Assembly (NCBI GenBank): GCA_963668695.2
Contig: CAXXLQ010000004.1
Location: 1,696,001-1,760,000 of the forward strand
Origin: Vicinamibacteria bacterium
GTDB lineage: Bacteria > Acidobacteriota > Vicinamibacteria > Marinacidobacterales > Marinacidobacteraceae
DNA length: 64,000 nt
Direction of reading: 5' to 3'
Shown: positions 47,816 to 57,395 of the stretch, piece after piece
Layout: the number at the start of each line of letters is the position of its first letter
How positions within the stretch are numbered: the first letter of the stretch is position 1
Made by a program: the position numbers and the translations under genes
Notes under the pieces: model-generated
The model's input: the letters and a program-made list of their open reading frames with translations, nothing else
Told to the model about the DNA's origin: nothing
Databases searched by the model: none

Positions 47816-50035
47816 CTAGCGGCCCGGAATCTCGTTCGAGAGCTGGCCCCGCCCGCCGGTGACGTGGCGCCAGTGCTCCAACGCCCGGTCGCGGTAGCGC
47901 ACGAGCTCGCGCAGCAGCTCGGGGTCGGGCTCCTGCCCGGGCAGCAGGAAGTACACGAACCCGATGTTGAACACCTTGGGCGCCCGCTCCGGCGGCGGGT
48001 TCCGCGGCCCTATCGCGGCGACGATCTGTTCCATGGTCACGATCTCCTTCTTCTCCGCCGTGTAGGGCCCGTCCCACCGTTCACCCGCCTGCTTGACGTT
48101 GTGCAGCACGAACATGTCCGGCACTTCGTCGGGGGTTGCCAGGCCCATCAGGTAAAGGTCGAGCCAGGAGAAGCCGCCCCCTTTGGTCGACCAGCCGCGC
48201 GTGGGAGTGAACGTCCCGTCGCTGTTCTCGCGCCAGTAGGACCCGCCCATGACCGAGCCGTTCTCGGTTCCCCACCAGGGAAACGGCGCGGGCGCATGCA
48301 ACTCGAACGCCCAGTGGCCACCCCCTCCCGCAGTCATCAACCTCCGCTCGCCATCCTTCATGTATTGCGCGGCGGCGAGCCAGGTATGGCCCATCTCGTG
48401 GGCGAAAACCGTCAGGCCCGGATCGTAGGGAGTCTGGCCGGGGAACTCCGCGTGGCTCTCGTCCACGACGGTACTGGCCTTCATCCAGACGGGATACCCC
48501 CAACTGTTCTTCAGCCGGGTCTCGCACGGGGTCGCGTAGTCCCCCCCGGGCGGCCCGATGCCCGTAACCTCGGCCTGGATGTTCCTGTGATAAAAGCCCG
48601 CAAACCCATGCGCAGGACCGGTCGACTGCTGGTCCACGCGGAACTCGCTGTTGAAGGCGAACAAGTCGAAATGGTCGCCCAGGACCTCGATGATCCGGCA
48701 GGAGACGTGGCCGACGCCCTCCCTGCCGTCGCGGATCATCGGGTACCGGAACACCTCGTACTGTGCGGCGGAAGGTCGGGGATCCGGATGCGACAGGTCG
48801 ATCGGCGCGGAATCTGCCGCCTCCGGGAAGCTGATGACCGCCGAGTGTTCTCCATAACGTGGACCCCAAGATCCGGTTACCTGATTCCTTGACCGAGCGA
48901 CAGCGCGGACAGACGTGGAGTGACCCGAGAACTCGCCTGAATCGAACAGCAGGCCGATCCGGTTGTCATCGACATCGCGGTCGTACGCTGCTTCGGCGTC
49001 CCACCGGGCCGTTCGGCTGCCGTCCGGCTGCAGGGCGACTCCAGCGAGAAAATCCCAGTCGTCGATCACCACCATGTAGAAGATCTCCTGGTTCGGGATC
49101 GGACGGATGGGGCCTCTTGTCGTGAACTCGACCAACACGCGATCGGGTTCGGCGGTTGCGTACAGCGCGGTTTTCACAAGATCGAGATGCGCGGGAACGG
49201 AGCCGTCCACCGGATCGGGGATGCTACCGAGCAGGCCGGTCTTGACGACTCCCGGGAGCAGGCCGACGATGCCGTCGCCGAACGCCTCGTCGGGATCCTG
49301 GGGCTCGGGCCCGTAGTTGAGGGCGATCCGTCCATCGGAGTGCAGAACGATCTGGAAGTCGAAGGTTTCCTTCGGCTCCCTTCCGTACACGAGGAACTCC
49401 TGGTCGACGACGAAGAAGGTGACGATCATGCGATCGGGCAGGTTGGAGACGTACACGTTGCCGCCCAGGTACGGCTTGTACAACGCACTGATCGTCGGCG
49501 CGATCACGAAGAGGTCGAACATCTGAGGCATCGTGCCGAACCGCTTCGGCCAGTACGATCACTCGGAATCGGCTCGCCGAAAGAGATCAACCCCGGCCGG
49601 GTGTAGAAGAAGGAGTCCCACTCCCGGCCCGCGAAGGGGAACCGGAAGTGCTCCAGCTCGACCTCGGCAGGCCCGCGCATTCGCTCGGCGTCGTCCGCCT
49701 CCTCCTCCCAGTCGAGCGCCCGCACCTCGCGCGAGTAGCCGCCGCGGCCGTCCGGAGTGAACATCAGGGTGCGGCCGGCCAGGTCCAGCGGGTTCGCGGG
49801 CGCCAGGTCCTCGGACATCAACTCCATGAGGATCTGGTTCTCCGTTGTGATCGAGATTCCGCGGCCTGACCGGAGTGATCTCGATGGGCGGATCCGGAGG
49901 CGGGGCCGGTTCAGGCGCCGGCGGTGGCGTGGGCGTCGGCGCGGTCGGGGGTGCGACGGGTGTGCCGTCCGGGCCACCGCCGCAGCCGGCCCCGACGATG
50001 AGCAGGGCGATGAAAGGCCAGGGCATCCGGTTCAC
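47816..50035 (-). CDS. Large zincin lipoprotein (paralogue C), frameshifted at ~49867 and ~49555
   Basis: Three ORF segments align colinearly with paralogue B; AHEMGHTW, SVMGG; one extra base at 49867 relative to B. Confidence 0.78.
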
Positions 50036-50223
50036 CTGCGCCGCCATTTGTGGGGAATGGGGCAGTTCTACCACACCCCACAGATATTGCGGGTGAGTCA
50101 GAACCGGAAACATGTAGTCCCCAAACGTATCCCGTTGATTTCGATGCTGCTAGCGCGGGGGTGGAGTCGTGAATCTACGGACGACTGACCAACTACCAAC
50201 CGCCACCACTCAATTCGGATCCC

Positions 50224-50492
50224 TCATTACCCCAGCAGATTGGGCAGGAGCAGGAGCACGCCCGGCAGGAACGCGATGATCAGCGTGAGCGCCAGCATGA
50301 CCGCCAGGTAGGCCGGAGCGGGCGGGCGACTTCCGCCGGCTCAACCCATCCCACCGAGCAGGCCACCAGGAGGCTCACCCCCACGGGTGGCAGGAACACG
50401 GAGATCCCCTGATTCGCCACGATGACGGCGCCGTAGCGCACCTCAGCATGCCGTCCGCCGACACGCCCGAGAATGGCGCTGAGCGGCAGGAA
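50224..50492 (-). pseudogene. Degenerate 3' remnant of dctM
   Basis: Matches ~51551-51865 (YGAVIVA.QGISVFLPPVGVSLLVACSVG...LPNLLG) with small indels and an internal deletion. Confidence 0.85.
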
Positions 50493-50573
50493 TGGCCTTC
50501 TCCCGAGTACTTGTTTCGGTTCGGATCTTGGGGCGTATGCGAGATCGAAACCCCGAAGGTTCCGATCTGACCT

Positions 50574-51001
50574 TCACTCCCTCCAGGGGTTTACGAGCGG
50601 GAGTTCCAGGTCCTGGAAGTCCTCCGTGTTCCGGGTAGCCAGAACCAGGTTGTGGCGCAGTGCGACCGCCGCGATCTGGGCATCCAGGGCTGGCCGCGCG
50701 GTCGCCCGGACTTGTCGGCGGAGCCCATGATTTCGCCGCAGATGACGGCGGCCCGATCATCGAACGCCAGGATGCGTCCGCCGAACTGACGGGTCAGGTC
50801 CCGAGTGATCCACTGCTGGTAGCGCAGGGATCGGGCCGGATCACCCACGCTCAGGGCTCCCCGGACCAATTCTCCGAGAGTCACCGCGGAAAGGAAGAGG
50901 TCTCTTGGCGTCCGCTCACGAAACCAGCTCAGTACCCGTGGCTCGGGCCGCGGCCGAACTGTCTCGCTGATGACGTTCGTGTCCAGGAGAAAGGCGCTCA
51001 C
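50574..51001 (-). CDS. vapC: VapC PIN toxin with a frameshift near 50692
   Basis: LLDTNVISE...SAVTLGEL; continues in another frame as [24 protein letters not shown]...LVNPW. Confidence 0.82.
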
Positions 51002-51318
51002 TCGAAATCGACCGGCCGTCCGAAAGAGCGGTCACGCTCGAGCTCAAGGTCCCCTTCGCGGAGCGGCGAAGCGAGAAGGAAGTCGACGAGTTCGACTCCG
51101 GTCGCTGCCGGAGCGCGCACGACCTCGGTTTCGAGCAGTTGCCGTAGTCCCGTGGCCCTCGCTCCCTCCTCGCGGAGCGTCTGAGCAAGCGAGCGCAGCA
51201 GGGGAGCGTCCCGCAGCGGAACCGAGATCTCAACGCGCGTGGTGCCGCGTGCCGTTGCCCGGAGGCGGTGACGAGCGACGCGAGGTGTCGACTTGCGGTC
51301 TTCGGAGTCGTTGGTCAT
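50998..51318 (-). CDS. Putative antitoxin coupled to VapC
   Basis: RVEISVP...C-terminal LVDFLLASPL...LELERDR; ATGA overlap with the toxin. Confidence 0.72.
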   Translation of the reverse strand: MTNDSEDRKSTPRVARHRLRATARGTTRVEISVPLRDAPLLRSLAQTLREEGARATGLRQLLETEVVRAPAATGVELVDFLLASPLREGDLELERDRSFGRPVDFE

Positions 51319-51389
51319 GTTTCCGGGAACGTTGCCGGAAGAATGGGTCATGCGAGGTGCGACGACAAGGGGCGTTCCATCGCGGGCCA

Positions 51390-51550
51390 TTGTCGGCGGT
51401 CGCGTGCCTGGGCGCGCTTCACGCAGATTGGCGATGGGAGTTTCGCCCCGCTTCGCGGGTCGATGCTGGCCAGTTCTCCCGGTGGGGGCCTGAAGACCGG
51501 CGTTCCCTGCGCAGCGCGCCATTCGGACTGTTGGCGGTCCCTTTCCCCCT
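51390..51550 (-). repeat. REP-like element downstream of dctM, interrupted by the 19-bp module
   Basis: GATGCTGGC-CAGTTCTCCCGGTGGGGGC-CTGAAGACCGGCGTTCCC. Confidence 0.78.
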
Positions 51551-52825
51551 TCAGTAACCGAGCAGGTTGGGGAGGAACAGCACCACGCCCGGGAGGAACG
51601 CGATGACCAGCGTGAGCGCCAGCATGAGCGCCAGGTAGGGCCAGAGCGGGCGGGCGACCTCCGCCGGCTTGACCCCTCCCACCGAGCAGGCCACCAGCAG
51701 GCTCACCCCCACCGGCGGCAGGAACACGGAGATTCCCTGGGTCGCCACGATGACGGCGCCGTAGTGCACGGGGTCGATCCCGAGTTGCCTCGCCAGGGGC
51801 AGCAGGATCGGCGTCAGCAGGACGACCGCGGGCACGCCCTCGAGAATGGCGCCGAGCGGCAGGAAGACGAGGATCGTGAGGATCAGGAAGCCGGCCTGGC
51901 CGCCTCCCATCCCCACGACCGATGACGCGAGTGTCTGGGGCACTTCCATGACCGCCAGGACCCAGCCCAGGAGGCGCGCGGCGCCCACCACGAACAGCAC
52001 CATTCCCGACACCATGGCCGTCTGGACGACCTTGCTCCACAGGTCGGAAGCGGAGAGGGACCGGTACACCGGCCCGGCGAGGAGCAGCGCGTAGGCGACG
52101 GCGACCGCAGCGGCCTCCGTGGGCGTGAAGAGACCGAAGCGGATGCCGCCCAGGATGACCACGATCATGAAGAGGGGGAGCAGGGCGTCGAAGCCCGCGT
52201 GCCGGACGTCCGCGAAGGATGCGCGCGGCTCGGCCGGCCATCCTTCCCTCCGCGCCTGCCACCCGATCTGCGTCATCAAGCCCACGGCGATCAGGAGCGC
52301 GGGTGCGATGGAGGCGACGAACAGGGCGCCGATGGAGACGTTGCCGATGACGCCGTAGACGACCATCACGATGGCCGGCGGAATGAGAATCCCCATCCCG
52401 CAGGCGGCCGAGACGATCGCGGTGGAGCGCTCCCGGCTGTATCCGTTCGCGGTGAGCTGAGGCACCATGATGCCCCCGATGGCGGCCGCGTCCGCGGACG
52501 TGGAGCCCGACACTCCTGAGAAGAAGATCTCGGCCAGGATGACCACCTGCCCGAGCCCCCCGGGGAGGTGTCCCACCAGCGACCGCGCAAGCGTCACCAG
52601 GCGGCGGCTGATCCCGCCGACGTCCATGAGGAAGCCGGCCAGGATGAAGAGCGGCACCGCGAGCATGGGGAAGGAATCCATCCCGGCGACGATCTGCTGC
52701 GGGATGACGACGAGCGGGAGATCCGCCGCCACGATGGCGATCGCGGCCGCGGTCGCGAGCGCGAAGCCGATGGGCACGGCGGCCAGCACCAGGGCGCCGA
52801 AGGCGCCGAGCAGGAGGCCGCCCAT
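51551..52825 (-). CDS. dctM: TRAP transporter large permease
   Basis: LAVPLFILAG, SGVSGSTSADAAAIG, GILIPP, FTPTEAAAV, GIDPVHYG, PPVG. Confidence 0.95.
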   Translation of the reverse strand: MGGLLLGAFGALVLAAVPIGFALATAAAIAIVAADLPLVVIPQQIVAGMDSFPMLAVPLFILAGFLMDVGGISRRLVTLARSLVGHLPGGLGQVVILAEIFFSGVSGSTSADAAAIGGIMVPQLTANGYSRERSTAIVSAACGMGILIPPAIVMVVYGVIGNVSIGALFVASIAPALLIAVGLMTQIGWQARREGWPAEPRASFADVRHAGFDALLPLFMIVVILGGIRFGLFTPTEAAAVAVAYALLLAGPVYRSLSASDLWSKVVQTAMVSGMVLFVVGAARLLGWVLAVMEVPQTLASSVVGMGGGQAGFLILTILVFLPLGAILEGVPAVVLLTPILLPLARQLGIDPVHYGAVIVATQGISVFLPPVGVSLLVACSVGGVKPAEVARPLWPYLALMLALTLVIAFLPGVVLFLPNLLGY

Positions 52826-53334
52826 CAGCCGGTCCCCCCGGCCGAGCGATCCCCTTCGGCCGAGGAATGCCCTTTGGCCGAGGAATCCTCATTCCGCCCC
52901 GCCAGCAGGTGGATGACCATCAGCATCCCGGAGACCGGAACCGCGGCATAAACAAGAGCGATCGGCAGGTTCAACGCCGCGGAGCGCTCGCCCATGGTGA
53001 GGTGCATGAGGGCGATGCCCGTGCCGATGAGGACGAGCGCGAAGATCAGCACGACGCCCCCGGCGAACGTCTCCACCGCCCGCTGCGCGCGCGGGGTCAG
53101 CTTCTGGGTGACCTGATCGAACCCGAAGTGAGCCCGATGCTCCACCGCCAGCGAGGCCCCGAGCAGCGAGACCCAGATGAAGGCGAAGCGCGAGACCTCC
53201 TCGCTCCAGGGATTCGGCTGGGCGACGAGGTAACGCATCAGGACCTGGAGGAGGACCACCACACAGACCGTGACCACCAGGCCGCCCGCGGCGTAGGTCT
53301 CGAGCGCTACCAGGACGCGGTTGAGCCGCTTCAT
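52825..53334 (-). CDS. dctQ: TRAP transporter small permease
   Basis: QVLMRY...PWSEEVSRFAFIW; four TM helices. Confidence 0.93.
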   Translation of the reverse strand: MKRLNRVLVALETYAAGGLVVTVCVVVLLQVLMRYLVAQPNPWSEEVSRFAFIWVSLLGASLAVEHRAHFGFDQVTQKLTPRAQRAVETFAGGVVLIFALVLIGTGIALMHLTMGERSAALNLPIALVYAAVPVSGMLMVIHLLAGRNEDSSAKGHSSAEGDRSAGGTG

Positions 53335-54467
53335 TCGTTGCGCCGTCCCCGGCGGGGTGGGGGCGATGAGGGTGATTGCGTTGGTGAGTTTCGCGTCGCT
53401 CCGCTCTGCGATGCCGGTCTGGAGGCCGGCGCTCCTCCGCCGGGCGCCGTGCGCTCCACCTCCGCCACCAACCGCGCGATCAGCGCCTCGCCGTCCGGCA
53501 GCCGGGCGGCCAGTTCGTCCCAGACGCGCGGTTTCACGGCGGGAGCGAACGGCGCCAGGTTCGGGCGCGAGATCTGGACGTCATTGGCGCGCATTTGCTT
53601 CAGGGCGTCCGCCTCCATCCGGCGCGCGACGTCGCTCTGGTAGGCGAGCGCGTCAGCCACGGAGCGGTCGACGGTCTCCCTGATGTCCCGGGGAAGGCCC
53701 GCGTAGAACGGCTCGTTCACCAGCAGCGTGATCGGGTTGTAGGTGATCGAGGTGAAGCTGTAGAACCTGGCCACCTCGTAGAGCCGGCTGCTCACGAATC
53801 CGATGGCGTTCGCCTCCCCGCCGTCGATCACGCCCTGCTGGAGCGCGGAGTAGACCTCGCCGTAGTTCATCGGGGTTGCCTGGACGCCCAGCGCGGAATA
53901 GGCCGCCAGGTAGGTCGCGTTCTGGAGGACCCGGAGCTTGAGGCCGGCGAGATCCTCGGGCGTTTCGACGGGCCGCCGCTTGTTGTAGACGTGGCGGAAC
54001 CCGTAGTCGAGGAAACCGAGCGAGCGGACTCCGGTGCGCTCGAGGAGAAGATCGCGCCACCAATCTCCCATGGGGCCGTTCATCACCGAGAGCCCGTGGT
54101 CCCGGGTCTCGAAGAGGAACGGGAGGTCGAACATCTGCCCTTCGGGCACCCAGCCCGAAAGCACCGGGGTGCCCGTGATGGCCAGGTGAACCGCGCCGGC
54201 CTGGATCTGTTCGAAGGCCACGCGCTCGCCCCCGAGCTGTCCCGACGGATAGATGACGACCCGGAACCGCCCGTCGGTGCGCTCGCGCATGAGGTCCCGG
54301 AAGCGCTCCGCCATGAGGTGGAACTCCGAGCTGCTCGAGAGCACGTGGGAGAAGCGGACGTCCCAGGTGGGAGGGTGGGAACGTTCGTCGCCGGGGCCAC
54401 CGCAGGACAGCGTAAGAAGCGTCGCCAGCAGCGCCATGGCGAAGCCGGGCGAGCGGGAGGCGGTCAT
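53331..54467 (-). CDS. dctP: TRAP substrate-binding lipoprotein
   Basis: LTLSC lipobox, YPSGQLGGE, DLAGLKLRV, EVYSALQQGVIDG; repeat-derived C-terminal tail. Confidence 0.92.
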   Translation of the reverse strand: MTASRSPGFAMALLATLLTLSCGGPGDERSHPPTWDVRFSHVLSSSSEFHLMAERFRDLMRERTDGRFRVVIYPSGQLGGERVAFEQIQAGAVHLAITGTPVLSGWVPEGQMFDLPFLFETRDHGLSVMNGPMGDWWRDLLLERTGVRSLGFLDYGFRHVYNKRRPVETPEDLAGLKLRVLQNATYLAAYSALGVQATPMNYGEVYSALQQGVIDGGEANAIGFVSSRLYEVARFYSFTSITYNPITLLVNEPFYAGLPRDIRETVDRSVADALAYQSDVARRMEADALKQMRANDVQISRPNLAPFAPAVKPRVWDELAARLPDGEALIARLVAEVERTAPGGGAPASRPASQSGATRNSPTQSPSSPPPRRGRRNE

Positions 54468-54469
54468 GC

Positions 54470-54670
54470 CATCCGGGATGGGACGCGGTGGGGAATTCAC
54501 GTTGGCAAGGCGCAGCGTCATCAACGCTGGTTTCGCGCTCCCGCGCGATGCCGGTCGGAGACCGGCGCTCCAAGCCGTCCCCGCGCTCCTTCTCGTTCGG
54601 CAATACGCGGTTTCGCGGCCCGGTGGGCCGCGGTGCCGGGGTGAAGACCGGCGTTCCCTGGCCGGCGCGC
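54470..54670 (-). repeat. Composite REP-like element
   Basis: Two GCCGG...CCGGC hairpins followed by CGCGAAAC; homologous to 36655-36860 and 62395-62500. Confidence 0.8.
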
Positions 54671-54735
54671 CTCCGCTCACCGCTGATCCTCGCCCTGCGA
54701 GAGGCAGTTCACCCACGGCCTGTCAGCAGCCCCGC

Positions 54736-57360
54736 TCAGGTGAGCAGCGGGTCGGTCATGACTTCGACCAGGGCCGGGCCGTTGCTGGCCAGCGCCGTCT
54801 TGAAGGCCTCGGTCAATTGCTCCGCCCGGTCCACGCGGATGCCGACGCCGCCGCAGAGTGTGGCGTAGTCGGCGAACGAAGGGTTGTGCAGCGAGGTCTG
54901 CCAGACCTTCCATTCGCCGTCGCGCTGCTCCTTGGAGATCTTGCCGAGCTCGCCGTTATGCAGCAGCACGTGGGTGATGTCCATGCCGTACTTCACGGCG
55001 GTGGTGAACTCGGCCAGGTATTGGCCGAACCCGCCGTCGCCGCTGATGGAAAGGACCTTACGGCCGGTGTCCGCAGCCCAGGCGCCCATGGCGGCGGGGA
55101 AGCCGAAGCCGATCGAGCCGAGATAACCGGACATCAGCACCGACTGCGCCTGGCACTCGAAGTAGCGGCCGAAGGAATAGGTGTTGTTGCCGACATCGAC
55201 GCTGATGATGGCGTCCGCGGGCACGATTTCGGCCAGGCGCTGGAACAGGATCGCCGAGTTGAGGCCCCGGCCGCTGTCTTTGGCGGCGCGGGAGTCCTTC
55301 TCCTTGCGCCAGGCGCGCCAGCGCTCGGCCAGTTCGGGCCGCTGGTCCCGGCAGGCGGTCGCTGGCGGCAAGCGGTCGCAGAGGAGCGTGGCGGTTACGC
55401 CGATGTCGCCCCAGATCGGCTCGTCAACGCCGTGGAACTTGCCGAGCGCCATGCGGTCGAAGTCCACCTGGATGGTCGGCTTGCGCGCGTCGATGCCGGT
55501 GTGGTGCGAGAACGAGGCGCCGAACACGATCAGGAGGTCGGACTCATTCATGAACCAGCTCGCGACCGGCGTGCCGCTGCGCCCAAGCACGCCGCCGCCG
55601 AGCGGATGGCGGTCGCTGATCAGGCCCTTGGCCTTGAAGGTGGTAATGACCGGGCAGTTCAGCGCCTCGGCCAGGGCCGTCACCTCGGCCATGCCGTCGC
55701 GAGCACCGTATCCCGCGATGATCAGCGGCCGCCGGGCCCAGGCGATGCGGGCGATCGCCAGGTCGAGCGAGCGCCGCGGCGGCGTGATGGCCGTCGGCGA
55801 CACGCGGCCGTCGGCGCGCCCCGGACCGGCCTTGCCGGCGTCGAGCACCTGGACCTCGTCGGGCAGGATGAGGTGCGCGACGTCGCGTTCGACCAGCGCG
55901 TTCTTCATGGCCAGGGAGGCGAGTTCGGCGGGGTTGCTGCCGGGCAGCACCGTCTGGCTGAAGCGGGCCACGGCCTCGAAGGCGGAGGCCAGATCGATGT
56001 CCTGGAAGGCGCCGGGGCCCAACACCTGGGTCTGCACCTGACCGGTCAGCGCGACGACCGGTGCGCGGTCCACCTTGGCGTCCCACAGACCGGTCAGAAG
56101 ATTCGTCGCGCCCGGACCGGCGATGGAGAGGCAGGCGGCCGGCCGGCCGGTCAGCTTGGCGTAGCCCGAGCAGGCGAAGGCGGCCGCACCCTCGTGGCGA
56201 ATGCCGAAGAAACGCAGCTTGCCGCGGTCTTCCTGGATGCGCAGCGCTTCGGCCATGCCCAGGTTGGAATGACCGACCATGCCGAAGACGGTATCCACGC
56301 CCCACTCCACCAGCGTCTCGGCGATGACGTGGCTGACCGTCCAGTTCGAGCGCTTCGGTCTGGGCAGCGCGATCTCGACCTGGCCGTTCTCCTCGCGCAC
56401 CTTCAGGGCCTCGACCGCGTGCTCGTTGCCCCGGCCCTTGCCGGTCTTGAGCTCGAAGTCGTAGCCGTGCCAGGGACAGCGCAGCGCGCCCTCGCAGACG
56501 TTGCCCTCGCCCAGCGGGCCGCCCTGGTGCGGACAGCGGCCGTCGAGGGCGAAGAGCGCGCCGCCCTCGCGGACCAGGGCCACCTGCTTCTCGCCGACCG
56601 CGAGGGCGTTGACCTTGCCCTCGGCGAAGTCCGACGCCTTGCCGACCGGAATCCAGGTCTCCCCCGTGGCTTCGCTCGCCTTGGCCGCCTTGGAGATCGT
56701 CAGGGCCTCGTCGTCGTGGAAGCCGGCGTACCAGTGGCTGCCATCGCAGAAAGGCTTGTTCCTGGACGCGCCGCAGCGGCAGAGCACGTAGTGCTCGCGG
56801 CTGGCGCCTTCGCCGAACTCGCAGTCCTTCAGCTCGACCCCGCCGCGGACGACGTAAGGGCCGTCGCGCGATACCTGGATCTCGGCCGCCTCGTGGAAAT
56901 CGGTACGAAGCTGTCCATCTTCCAGGTAGCTGAGCGCGCCGGAGGGACACTTGCGGATGATCTCGACGATGGCCGCCTTGTCCGCGCCGTCGGGATCGAT
57001 CCAGGGTTCGGCTGCCGAGCGCCAGACCGCAGGCAGGCCGGCGGTGCAGTAGCCGGCGTGGGAGCAGATTCCGCGGTTGTCGAGGATGGTGACCTCGCGG
57101 CCTTTGAAGCGTTCGAGCTTGTCGGGCACGCGGTCGTCCGACCTGGCACCCGTGAAGCCTGTCTGGACGTGGGTGCCGTCGCAAAAAGGCCGGTTGCGCG
57201 AATCGCCGCAGCGGCAGAGGAAGACGGTCTTCCTGGCGGTGATCGCTTCGCCGCGCGAGTTGTAAAAGGCGGTCAGACCGGAGACCTTGAGCGGTCCGTC
57301 CTTTTGCACCTCGACCGTGACGTGGCCGGTGCCGGATGCGTCGGCGTTCTTTTCTGCCAT
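54736..57360 (-). CDS. CDGSH-ferredoxin-CDGSH-Rieske fused ThDP-dependent (pyruvate oxidase/acetolactate synthase-like) enzyme
   Basis: CRCGDSRNRPFCDGTH; CSHAGYC...CPSGAL; CRCGASRNKPFCDGSH; CPHQG...CPWHG; GIRHE, GPGATN, GDGGF. Confidence 0.9.
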   Translation of the reverse strand: MAEKNADASGTGHVTVEVQKDGPLKVSGLTAFYNSRGEAITARKTVFLCRCGDSRNRPFCDGTHVQTGFTGARSDDRVPDKLERFKGREVTILDNRGICSHAGYCTAGLPAVWRSAAEPWIDPDGADKAAIVEIIRKCPSGALSYLEDGQLRTDFHEAAEIQVSRDGPYVVRGGVELKDCEFGEGASREHYVLCRCGASRNKPFCDGSHWYAGFHDDEALTISKAAKASEATGETWIPVGKASDFAEGKVNALAVGEKQVALVREGGALFALDGRCPHQGGPLGEGNVCEGALRCPWHGYDFELKTGKGRGNEHAVEALKVREENGQVEIALPRPKRSNWTVSHVIAETLVEWGVDTVFGMVGHSNLGMAEALRIQEDRGKLRFFGIRHEGAAAFACSGYAKLTGRPAACLSIAGPGATNLLTGLWDAKVDRAPVVALTGQVQTQVLGPGAFQDIDLASAFEAVARFSQTVLPGSNPAELASLAMKNALVERDVAHLILPDEVQVLDAGKAGPGRADGRVSPTAITPPRRSLDLAIARIAWARRPLIIAGYGARDGMAEVTALAEALNCPVITTFKAKGLISDRHPLGGGVLGRSGTPVASWFMNESDLLIVFGASFSHHTGIDARKPTIQVDFDRMALGKFHGVDEPIWGDIGVTATLLCDRLPPATACRDQRPELAERWRAWRKEKDSRAAKDSGRGLNSAILFQRLAEIVPADAIISVDVGNNTYSFGRYFECQAQSVLMSGYLGSIGFGFPAAMGAWAADTGRKVLSISGDGGFGQYLAEFTTAVKYGMDITHVLLHNGELGKISKEQRDGEWKVWQTSLHNPSFADYATLCGGVGIRVDRAEQLTEAFKTALASNGPALVEVMTDPLLT

Positions 57361-57395
57361 GGTCTGAGCTCCCTGGGCGCGCCGGCTATCGGTAG

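Noticed and set aside
46570-49250. Diversity-generating retroelement TR/VR pair
   Set aside because: Mismatches are not adenine-specific, both copies are coding, and there is no reverse transcriptase.
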